Assembly: GCA_043228905.1 (NCBI GenBank)
Contig: JBHGNT010000021.1
Coordinates: forward strand, 7,998,001-8,062,000
Direction: 5' to 3'
Source: Azolla caroliniana
Taxonomy: Eukaryota; Plantae; Polypodiophyta
Length of the DNA stretch: 64,000 nt
Position 1 is the first letter of the stretch, and each line of letters starts with the position of its first letter. Under the pieces are notes generated by a model. That model had not been told where the DNA came from. It saw nothing but the letters and a program-made list of their open reading frames with translations, and searched no databases. The translations under genes were made by a program, and so were the position numbers. Of this stretch, positions 40,034 to 50,522 are shown in pieces.

Positions 40034-40633
40034 CAGACACCACCAACATCGACAGAACGCGCCGAAGAGGACGATACAATGATGAGTTCAACGCAGAGGC
40101 ACACGTCCGTGCATTCCTGATGACTTGGTAGGATAACCATGTATCCCAACAGCTTTCGGAGCAAGAAGAGGAAAATCCAAAATTGTTGAGTTTGGGCTAT
40201 CGTTAGACGGACAAGCCGTTGGGTGGTACTCACTGCACAACCCAAGGGACTTTGTCACATTCCAAGACCTGCGGGACAAGTTCCTACGGTTATAAGATTT
40301 CAAAATCTTCATAGATAGCTGACATGGGCACCTTTGAAGGATGAAGTAAAGGAGATATTTCTGACGGCTATACGAGAGAGACTTCAAACTACATTGGCGG
40401 TTTTGGATTTCAAAACAAGTATGATTGATCAAGTAATTTATCAAATGCTCGACATGGATAGGACCCAAAACTGCAACAACATGTTGATGGGGGCATTGCA
40501 ATGGGCATTACCCAAGGAGGAGGACCTACAGTTCCGATAGGCAATACAATGCACAACCTGTGTGAACCCAGGCCATTCGAGCCTAGAATGCACTATGCAA
40601 ATCCATTGTGCACTGTGAGTATATTAATATATT

Positions 40634-43600
40634 TGTTAAGAATTAGGTGATTAACTACGGGTTAATTAGTATCTAATTATGTGATTCGTTGATAAGTGGA
40701 AGATTAAGTGATATGTGTGTGTATGTGTGTGAGAGGAAGAGAGAAAGAGAGGAAGTTAACACTTATGAACAACACAACTCTATATTAAATTAGCATCATC
40801 ATCATCAAATACAAAAATACCCACAATGAGGTATATATACATCTCATGTGCAAAGGTGCACATGTGTGACTAGAATATAGGTACTAAGGTGTAAGTCCTA
40901 TATTAAATGTACTTAGGAGTGGAGGATCTAGAATATCCCACTTAAGTACAAGGTCCTATTTAAGGCGTTATAGTCAATACTCCTAACTAGATTCTGTCTA
41001 GGTAACTACAAAGTTACATAGTTGACTAAATAACTAAACTAAGTTGAGCTTGATCTCTCAACACCCCCCCTCAAGCTGAAGTGTGAAGCGTCCGACATCC
41101 GCTTTGGCTTTCGTCGGCTTCGTGTGCTTCCATCCGGCCTTCGGCTTTCTTCGCCGAGGCAATCTTGGGTCCTCCCCGTCAAGCCGGTGACGAAGGCTAG
41201 TAGTGTGTGGGAGAAGGCTGATTACTTCCACCCATCGTGGGTTACGAGCCACTTCTTTGGAGCTCTTGGGCTCTTGTTCGGCCGTTACCTTCATTGTGAA
41301 GGCATAGTGATGGGCCATGTACTCGTTGTAGCCGAGCCCATTCACGAAGTTCTTAGCTCTAGATGAGCGTCAAAGTTTTTCGCTCGCCGATGTGAGCACC
41401 TTCTTTACTCCGGGTGTCCACATGATGGGTACACGAAACTCACTGTCTAGTGAGGGAGTCGACATTTCCGAATCACTGTTGTCAAGGTGGTTGACTTTGT
41501 ATTTGGGCATATTACCTTTGCCTTTGTCGAAGTTCGGACTTGGCCATGATGTGCTTAGGTCGCTCGAGGGCTCTTGAGGTCCACTAAGCCTTGTCGTAAT
41601 CGGTCTTTCTTTGAACATGCGCATGAGCCGATCTTCGGCTTCTATCTCTATTCCGGCACATTCCAAGTCGAGCAGAGTTGGAGTCGAAGTTGTCTCTAGT
41701 GCGTATGAGGATGCAGACTCGTCGAAAACGACATCTCGACTTACTCGAACTACTCGGGTCGAGGGGTTAAAGCAATAGTATGCCTTCTTCTCGAATGAGG
41801 ATACATTTCTCCAACTTCGTGTCGGGCTTCTGTCGTTGTTCATTCAGGATGCGTACATTCGCAATGCTTCCTAACACCTTGAGGTCAATAGGATCGACTT
41901 CCTTCCAACGAGGAGCTTGTATGGAGTTAGCTCATGCACTCCATTGGTGGTGCATCGATTCATGAGATAGACAGCCGTGGATGCCGCTTCGGCCCAATAG
42001 AAGTTTGGCATGTGCTTCTCATGTAACATGACCCATACTACCTCGAGTATTTGCCGATTCTTCCTTTCAGCGACTCCATTTTGTTGGGGTGTGTGTCGGC
42101 ATGAGAATTCTCTCTGAATGCCTTCACTTTGGAGGTAGGAGGTGAATTCATTGGAGAAGTACTCCTTGCCTCCATTCGATCGTAGGCATCGAATGTGCCA
42201 ACCGGTTTGTTTTTCAACTTGTCCCTTGAGCCTTTGGAAGTGGAAGAACACTTCCCGCTTCTTCTTCATCGAGAAGATCCACGCGTAGTGCGAGTAGTCG
42301 TTGAGGAAGGTTACGTAGTATCGGCATCCGCCGATCGTCGACGTCTAAGCCGGTTCCCATACATCCGAATGTATGATGTGGAGGAGGCCTTTGATTGCGT
42401 AGCTCTCCTTCGGGAATGGGTGTCGATGTTGTTTGCCAAGTTGACATGCTTCACATACTCGGTCGACTCGAATGTCGGAAGTCTGATGACGACTCACTTT
42501 GATTGCATAGCTCGGAGCCGTTGGAGGTTTATGTGGCCGATTCTCTTGTGCCATAACTCCATGCTTGTCTCGGTTTTGAGAACTTTGGCATACATGGCCG
42601 ATTTCACCTCGTTCGAATGGAGGATGAACATGCGTCCGTCTCTCCGTCCCTTGGCTATGAGTCGGCCATCTTTCGCGATGAAACAACCTTCATTGTTGAA
42701 GCGGACTTGCATACCTTGCTCCACGATTTGGTCGATGGAGACCAAATTCTTCCTTATTGTGCGCACGTCCAAGACATTCTTGATGCAAGTTTGTTCGCCT
42801 TCTTTATTGGGACATAGCCGATGTGCCGAATGAGATATGTGGTGTCGTCTCCTGTCTCTATGAAGCCGGTTCGATCCGGTGTACGCAAGTCATTGAACCA
42901 CTCTTTGTGGGATGTCATGTGATGTGAGGCGCTGGAATCAACGAACCACACATCTTCCGAATTGGAGGTGCTTGCGGAGTTGGAGGCCGACATAGAGTTC
43001 GCTCTATGCCTCATTACGAATAGTCCGCCGTAGTCGTCGTATTCGGAGTTGGTGGCGTAATTCGTGAGTTGTCAACTTGTTAAAGCCGACTTGCTTCTTC
43101 TTTTTCGGCACTCCTCGCGGTGGCGATTTTTCCGCAATAGTTGCAAGTTGCGGGCCTCATTTGCCGACCTTGTTCGGCATGGAAGTTCCCACTTCTTCCG
43201 AAGGTTCCTAGATGGCTTCCGTGAAGGTTTGAGCTCCCTTCATGTGATTGGCCGAATTGTCCTCTTCTACCATCATGACCTCCTCCGCCGTGACCTCATC
43301 CTCGCCCACCGTCCGAACTTGAGAAGAACATTTGTCCTTCTGATGTCTTCGTCTTTGTTCGGACGTGGTTCTGTTCGACCAATAACATTGATTGGAGGTC
43401 GAAGAATGAAGGAGGGTTTTCTCTCGCCAAGATTGCCGTCCGTAATGGATTGAATCATTGTGAGAGGCTGCCCAAGCATACTTGAACCATCTCGTCTTCA
43501 TCAACATTTATGTTGATGGAGCCAAGCCAATCGCAAATGCTCTTGATTTTGGCAGTGTAATCCGACATGGACATGTCTTTTTGCCGAATGTTGTTCAACT

Positions 43601-44547
43601 CTTGTCGGAGTTGAAGCTTTCGGGTGGTCGTGTTGGCGGCGAACATTTTCTTTAAGTTCTCCCACGCCTCTTTGGGCGTCTTGGTGTCGTGAATGTGGTT
43701 AAGCATGTGGTCGTGGACACATGTTGCCAAGCAATACATGACTCGACTTGCCACTTTCTCCCATGTTGCGTAGTCGGCGTTCTTTGAGTCGGGTCGATGT
43801 TCTTGTGGGCCGTTGATGTAGGTCCAATACCCTTGGCCGACACGGTATTGGTTCATCTTGTACTCCCAAGATGCATAATTGCTCCGGTCTAGCTTTTCAC
43901 TAGCAATCGAGCTACCCATTTGTGTGTTCATGTTGATTGTAGTGTCTTTCGTTTTTGCTTTCCTTCCTTCGGTCGCGTACACGTGCTACGTAGCGGCACT
44001 ATGGTCGCGGATAACCAGATTTTGTCGTCGGCATCTCGAACACACAATCACATAGTCGGGTGGGCTTATTGGATTTTCTAAACCACACATTTTGATACCA
44101 TGTTAAGAATTAGGTGATTAACTACGGGTTAATTAGTACCTAATTATGTGATTAGTTGATAAGTGGAAGATTAAGTGATATGTGTGTGTATGTGTGTGAG
44201 AGGAAGAGAGAGAGGAAGTTAACACTTATGAAAAACACAAGATGGGGGATGATTAACTCTATATTAATTAGCATCATCATCATCATGATCAAATACAAAA
44301 ATACCCACAATGAGGTATATATACATCTCATTTGCAAAGGTGCACATGTGTGAGTAGAATATAGGTACTAAGGTGTAAGTCCTATATTAAATATCCTTAG
44401 GAGTGGAGGATCTAGAATATCCCACTTAAGTACAAGGTCCTATTTAAGGCGTTATAGTCAACACTCCTAACTAGATTCTATCTAGCTAACTACGAAGTTA
44501 CTTGGTTGACTAAATAACTAAACTAAGTTGAGCTCGATCTCTCAACA
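40634..44547 (-). mobile_element. Copia J (distinct family) lacking RT and RNase H
   Basis: LTRs 44101-44547 (5') and 40634-41063 (3'); TSD ATATT at 40629-40633 and 44548-44552; PBS TGGTATCAAA 44091-44100; PPT revcomp CCCCCCCTCAA 41064-41074. Confidence 0.93.
41230..43931 (-). pseudogene. J gag-protease-integrase-linker
   Basis: EKLDRSNYASW..KLQLRQEL, WFVDSSASHHMT, LWHKRIGH, NGGKEY..QQNGVAERKNR; stops at NPRWVE just before RT. Confidence 0.9.
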
Positions 44548-44889
44548 ATATTAAACACATGCACGTTTATGTGAATGTGTGCAAATATGTAAAGTGGGTA
44601 GGTTGTTGGAAGGTTATATAACTAACCTACAAACCCCACTCTATGTTCTTGATTTGTAACCCTCATGCGATGTACCTATATAAACCCACCCAAGGGGACA
44701 TGAATGACACTAGTAGAAGTTTTGCCTCTCAATATTGTGTCACTCTCTCTCTCCCTCTTTCTCACACTTTCTCAACCCCCTTGGGAGTACGGCTCCACCC
44801 CCCACCCATCAACAAACCGTGTTCATTCTGGTTGTGGATGGCCAACACCAGCTCAGTCCGGCCGATAGGACTCATCAAGAAAGTCTGAA

Positions 44890-45288
44890 GCATAATGGAG
44901 AGAGTTTGAAGCATGCTAGCACATGCAAAGTTACCCAAGAAGTTTTGGGCCGAGGCGTTGATGATGGCAACGTATGTGATTAACAGGTCACCCTCGACAC
45001 CCTTGGAAGGAGACACACCACAAAGAGTATGGACCGGTAAAGACGTGTCTTATCGGCATCTAAAGGTGTTCGGGTGTCTCACATATGTGTATGTTGCAAA
45101 GGACAAGAGAGCAAAGTTGCATCGGAAATCCCGGCCATGCATATTCCTTGGATACAACGATGATGAGTTTGGTTATTGAGTGTGGGACATGGTCGAGAAG
45201 AAGGTGTTCTGGAGTTGGGATATAGTCTTCATGGAAGATAGGACCATTGTTGAATGGGAGTCAGAGAAGAAGGTGAAGAACTCTGGAT
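44890..45288 (+). pseudogene. Isolated Copia integrase C-terminal fragment (A/B-like)
   Basis: MLAHAKLPKKFWAEAL..HLKVFGCL..CIFLGY. Confidence 0.88.
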
Positions 45289-45795
45289 TGTTACCCGGAC
45301 AAACAAAGGGGCGGATGGACATAGTGGGGAAGCATCAGAGTCTGAAGCGTCGGAGTTGAAGCCGGATTGAGGAAGAGGCTCGATGAGTTATCATTTTGCC
45401 AAATAATAGTTAATATAGAAAATTATAGTTAGTTACAAGTTTTGTAGTTCTTGTCGATAGGGCAATATGTATTTCTTGATGAGGAAGTCCTTCAGGTTGC
45501 CTATAAAAAGGAACCAAAGGCATTGTAAAATTTATCATTTATTTTAGTAATATAAGTTTAGTTGTAGGAAATCTTGGTGGACAACTGTTTATTTTTTGTT
45601 AATCTATTTCCATCCTGCTATAACTGTATTACGTAAGTAACGATCTCGATGCCTATGTAACATCGATAAGATTACAGTAACTTAGTGTCCATTTGCACAA
45701 CCACAATTCGTGGATAGAACGTTCAATACGAAATGTTCAAACTCTACTGTGTCGGCAACGGAGTCGGTTGTCGGCCGAACAACACAATATAATTT

Positions 45796-45808
45796 TGGCA
45801 CGCCCGGT
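45796..45808 (+). other. PBS of L (probably tRNA-Arg, TCT-type)
   Basis: TGGCACGCCCGGT is complementary to the recalled plant tRNA-Arg end ...ACCGGGCGTG-CCA. Confidence 0.7.
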
Positions 45809-46416
45809 TACATCTGCAATTAGCAGAGAACAAGTCGAATGGATGTCGTCGTCTGGTCCAAATACACCAGTTGATCGTAAACGTCCTTGTACACATTCGG
45901 TTACAAAGCGTGTTGAAGAGGATTCTGTTGCGGTGGGATAGCAAGAAACAAGTCGGAGGTGGTCTTTAGTTCCCGACTTAACTGACAATCAATTAGACGG
46001 AGATCAGTCGGAAGAGGTATCATTTTACGATATCTGGAGTGAAGAGAATATGCCTTACCCTTACTCGAAATTTCGAGAAGGCTCTAATGCAGAAGCGCAT
46101 ATTAGGGATTTCTTGACAACATGGGAAATAAACCATGGAGCTTAGCAGCTATCGGCCGCAATCGAGGATAAGTCTAAAATAGTTGAGTTTGTTTTGTCAT
46201 TAGATGGCCAGTCGGAAAATTGGTTTGCTCAGAATGGTTTCCGAGTGTTCAGAACATTCGAACAATTAACCAAAAATTTCTTCAATTGTTTCATCGATAT
46301 TCCTCAGAAGGATCTGATAGCTCAATTTTATGCATTGTATCAAGAACCCAATGAAACGGTGTCACAATTTGTCATTTGATTTCAGAATCTACAGCTACAA
46401 ATTTCTTGGCCAATTC

Positions 46417-46879
46417 TGTTACCCGCCGGCAAAGAAGGCTTAAGGAGGTCCAAACCAGAGTGTGAAAGGAATAGTTATTCGGGAACTGTTGTAATTAGTA
46501 GTCTTAATATATACATATTATTATATAAAAAGATGTGGACGGACGAACCGGAATCGGTATGCCGATCCGGATCCAGAACGATTCCGTAAAGGTGCTGGTT
46601 GGCACCGTTTTGTATTTCGCACCGGAAACCTATAGAAAGGCTCGATTACAATGTAATCAGGAGCGGATAATTAATAAAGTTTATTGTCTTAATCTTCCAG
46701 TGTTGATTACCGTTCTGTATTCATTGTTATATCTTACGCGTGTTAATTACGGATGGCTAAGTAATCGATTAAGGTCTAAGTAAGCGTTGTGTCGTAAGTC
46801 ATTCTGCCGTACCACCCTTTGGTGACGTGTCTTAAGTGGACACCTTGTGTTAGGCTGTTGTCCGGCCCTAGCAATAACA
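46417..46879 (+). repeat. 5' LTR of M
   Basis: TGTT...AACA; about 15 substitutions versus the 3' LTR, counted by eye. Confidence 0.95.
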
Positions 46880-48608
46880 CAGTTTTTGGCGACCACGATT
46901 CCTGCATTATCGCAGTGAACAGCGGTAGGAATGGATGACTAGGCCAACAGACGACCCGGTTATGGAGAGAGCACGAAGACTTGCTGAACGAAGACGGTGG
47001 CGAGAGGCTTTCCAGCAAGCAGCGGAAGAAATCCGAACGGATCGATAATTTCCAAAGTGATCCGGAAAGTGACGGAGGAGTCGCTCCGTCTGCAACAAAA
47101 CGCCTACCTGGATGAAGGAAGCAACTTAAGCATCCTCCGGGAAGCGGAAACCCTTCTTCAGGCCTTGGCCGGAAGAGACGGCGAATCCGAAGCATTTTCA
47201 GCACTGGAATCGGATTCGGAAGGGGGTTACAGCGCGCATACGAACTATCGCAGCAGTAACGACACCCCAGGAGGACCGGAGGACGAGGAGTCGGATACTT
47301 TACCGACACCGGAACCAAAGTTGGCAGACCAAGAACCTCCGGCACTCGTCGTGGAGCAACCTCCGGAGACGGAAGTACACCGGCAAAAACATCCAACACC
47401 GGAAGTCGAGCTGGCAACACCAAAGGAAGACCGGCTAAGACCTCAGACGCCGACAGAACAACAGGAAAGACCACCGACACCGCTAGCCCGCGTACCGACA
47501 CCGGACGACGATATGCCGTTCTAGTACTCCAAGTATCGGGATGACCCGGACGCGGAGGCTCATGTTCACGCATTTGAACAAACATGGGAAGCAAACCACG
47601 TGTCAGAACGATTAACCGCGGCAGAAGAGGAATGATCTAGATAGACGAATTCATGTGACAGTAGAAGGATCGGCCGCCAGATGGCACCAGACGTAGGATC
47701 GCAGGACCATCACCACCTTTGCGGACCTGAAAGACAAATTCTTGCATTTCTTCCAGAAGGAGGTGGATCAGTGAGAAATGGTGGGCTTATTTTATACAAT
47801 TCGGCAGGACCCCGGCGAGAGCATCCCACAATTTGTCATCCGGTTTCAACGGGTGCACAGTCAGCTTACCCGCGCACCTCCGGAGGAAGAAACGCGGGCT
47901 ATATTTTTAGCCGCGCTCCGGGAACCTCTACGAACGGTATGCACGGTCATTGACTTTTGCACAAGCACCGTCGACCAGGTCATCGACCGGTGTCGTGCCT
48001 TTCGGCTCCGGATCGTTTGCATGAGTCGGGTGGGAACCACCGGGGTTTTGGACTAGGAGAAAGAAGAATATGAGATGAGGCTAGTAATGAATAGATTATT
48101 AGAAAGAGAGATAGAAATCTCGTGAATCCCACGAGTGTATTGTATTCGATTAATCAATATTTAGATAAGAATATGTATTTAGATTGAAAGAAAGATATAA
48201 GAAACTTGTGAATCCCACAAGTATAGATTATATTATTTTCGTGAATCCCACGATTATATTAATCGGTTGGTGTTTTCGGAAATATATCCAATTTCCAAAT
48301 ATTTCACACACACATTACATTGTGCTCCCCATCCTTATGTAGTGATGGGAGAGACTAAGCATAACTACATGCTTTTTTTTTCTAATATGTTCATGCACAC
48401 TAAATGTGCATGTAATGCTTTTCTAATCCTTGCTTTTATTTGCTAAATATAGTGCTCATGCACGCTAGATGTGCATGAGTCACTTTTTAGTTGCTTGCGT
48501 TTTTCTATAAAATATTCACGCACTCTAAAAATGCATGATTTACCTTTTAATAAAGGTAGGCGCAAATAAAGAACTTATAGTTATTAAATCTATTTGTAAA
48601 ACACTAAA

Positions 48609-48680
48609 GATAAGGTAGCATAATGGTAAAGTTGAGGTTTGGCTACGTGGAGGTACAAGGTTCGAATCTTGCCCTATGCA
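48609..48680 (+). promoter_or_regulatory. tRNA-like Pol III A/B-box cassette in the G-family LTR (also 51145-51216 + and 55742-55813 -)
   Basis: A box TAGCATAATGG 48616-48626; B box GGTTCGAATCT from 48659 (GGTTCGAATCC in N) at tRNA-like spacing; T-runs downstream. Confidence 0.7.
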
Positions 48681-49327
48681 CGTGATAAATATCTTGATAT
48701 TCTTATTTTATTTATTTATATGTAATTAAATCGGTTATATTATTTTTACTTTTTCACGTAGTGTACGAAATACACTACGACACTCGCCCCCTCCGAACCC
48801 GCACATCCTCCGGTATGTGCCGAAGTTGCCGATGCTCGTTGTCTCCCCTTCATCCTCCGTTTGTCCCGCTATGTCAACTTTGTCTCTCCATTTTGAATAG
48901 ACCCATTCTTTCCACCCGAACCATTGTCGCCATCCGATCCACCATATTCTTTGTTCTCTCTCGTCATATTCTTGGCCCTTGTCATTCGTGGTAGTGTCTT
49001 TTACTGGCCTCTTTCTTGTCTTCATCAACCTTGACTTTTTTCCGGATCGCTCTCGTCCGATCGACTTTCGGTTTGATCGGCTTCCGATCGGATTCGTATT
49101 CGGCCGAATCGGAATCGGTTGTTCGGTTTCGATTGAGTCGGTCTCCTTCCAGCCCGGTTTCGATCTATCGCTTTCGGTTTCGGTTGGCTTTCTTTTCCTC
49201 GTTTTCACCAGCCTCGACCGGTCCAACCTCCGGTTGAGTCGGATTAGCTTCTTTCTGGATCGGTCTCGTCCGATCGGCTTTCGGCTAGGTTGGCTTCCAT
49301 CCATATTCGCGTTCGGCCAAGTCAGAC

Positions 49328-50488
49328 TCAGTCGATCGGTTTTGACCGAGTCGACCCCTTTTCGGGTCGTCTTTCGGCCGAATCCTCATTCGCCCGGTTC
49401 GGCTTTCGTTTGTGTCGTCTTTCGGCCGAATTCTCTTCCTTTCGGTTCGGCTTTCTTTCGGGTCGACTTTTGGTCGAATCCTCTTTTACGCGGTTCGGCT
49501 TTCTTTCGGATCGGAATCCCGTCCGGATCACCTTCCATTCGAACCGGCTTCCGACTTTACCTTTCTTGCCGCCACCTCCTGTCTCTCCGGTCTCACGTTG
49601 GTTCTCGAATACAACCGCCGAAGTCTCTAGAATTAGTGGGTAGGAATCCTCGGTATTATCATCCTCCATTGTTTCACCCATAGCCACCTCCTTGGCTATC
49701 TCTCCTTCGTATGCATCGGCTTCGACCTTCGTTTCGTTGCCGCCACTTTCCTTATCTTCAGTGTTATGTCGACACACGGGCTCGACTACCGAAGTCTCCG
49801 AAACAATGGTGAAGGAATCCCTTCGTTCGTGCTCATTTACTTTGTCTTCCTCGTCGCCCTTCCGGTCCTCCAATTTTCCGCCGACACATTCCGTCTCTCC
49901 GGTCTCACGTTGGTGCACGGGCACAACCGCCAAAGTTTCTGGAACCGGTGTGGGGATACCCTTTCGTCCTCGATCTTCCTCCTCGTCGTCCTTTGTTGGC
50001 CTCGACTTTGGTTCGGTTTTAAGCTCCCCTTCAATGTCGACTTGCGACTTTTCATGCATCTCCGAACCCTTCCGCATGAAGCTCTCCTTCGGTGGAAGTC
50101 GGTGGCCGCTTTTCACCCACTGTTGACCGCCGTTCGTGGACCATGTCCTCGTCTGCTTCGGTCTTAGATAGTCATATGCGTCTCGTATAGCTTCTTCAAA
50201 GGACTCCCATGTTGGATTTTGTTGCCGTATCTTGAAGATTCTTTCTTGTAACTCATCCGTGGCTACCCGACTGAAGGATATCACTTGCAATCCTTCCGGT
50301 ATCCCACATCGCATCATCTCCGTCTTGTAGTCATGGAGATAGCGTGACACATCCTTTCCGTCGAATTCCCCGTTTCTTTGCACAAGCCGCACTACTGCCG
50401 ATTTCATCTCTGACATTGTGCGTTGCTCTTCTTGCATCCGCTTAATCATCATCATCATCATATTCATCGCTTCTTGTTGATTCTCCAT
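49328..50488 (-). CDS. Gag-like protein of G: capsid-like N-terminus plus repetitive charged tail (386 aa)
   Basis: ATG just downstream of the PBS; open frame with GEFDGKDVSRYL..WESFEEAI; no zinc knuckle or protease. Confidence 0.7.
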   Translation of the reverse strand: MENQQEAMNMMMMMIKRMQEEQRTMSEMKSAVVRLVQRNGEFDGKDVSRYLHDYKTEMMRCGIPEGLQVISFSRVATDELQERIFKIRQQNPTWESFEEAIRDAYDYLRPKQTRTWSTNGGQQWVKSGHRLPPKESFMRKGSEMHEKSQVDIEGELKTEPKSRPTKDDEEEDRGRKGIPTPVPETLAVVPVHQRETGETECVGGKLEDRKGDEEDKVNEHERRDSFTIVSETSVVEPVCRHNTEDKESGGNETKVEADAYEGEIAKEVAMGETMEDDNTEDSYPLILETSAVVFENQRETGETGGGGKKGKVGSRFEWKVIRTGFRSERKPNRVKEDSTKSRPERKPNRKEENSAERRHKRKPNRANEDSAERRPEKGSTRSKPID

Positions 50489-50504
50489 CTCCTTACCACC
50501 CGCC

Positions 50505-50522
50505 TTCACGTCGGGTTCACCA
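50505..50522 (-). other. PBS of G (tRNA-Trp)
   Basis: TGGTGAACCCGACGTGAA, 4 nt from the LTR end; complementary to the recalled plant tRNA-Trp end ...TTCACGTCGGGTTCA-CCA. Confidence 0.82.

Larger units (their letters stand above)
5406..40613 (+). mobile_element. Gypsy remnant I (M/L-related): partial 5' LTR 5406-5783, PBS 5790-5800, gag 5831-6264 and 40039-40613, split by Copia B
   Basis: LTR part resembles the M LTR (GCACCGTTTTGTA..CCTATA..); TGGTGACCACG resembles the M PBS; the PVQTPPT repeat resumes after the B TSD; AEAHVRAF and AIQCTTC gag motifs shared with M and L. Confidence 0.8.
40614..44877. repeat. Possible LTR-like remnant K (~345 bp: 40614-40633 plus 44553-44877) split by J
   Basis: Begins TGTGAG where I gag similarity stops; CCTATATAAA box and CT tract; possible end CTCATCA; no TSD or partner LTR seen. 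Confidence 0.35.

Noticed and set aside
47986-47990. 5-bp TSD (ACCGG/AACGG) for the G family
   Set aside because: Would require dropping the terminal A from different element ends in opposite-orientation copies; TG..CA termini imply 4 bp.
48609-48680. Functional tRNA gene
   Set aside because: Acceptor, anticodon and T stems do not pair properly; only A and B boxes are convincing.
48735-49683. Overlapping ORFs in the G interior
   Set aside because: Low-complexity degenerate ~42-bp repeats lacking stops; no recognisable domain.
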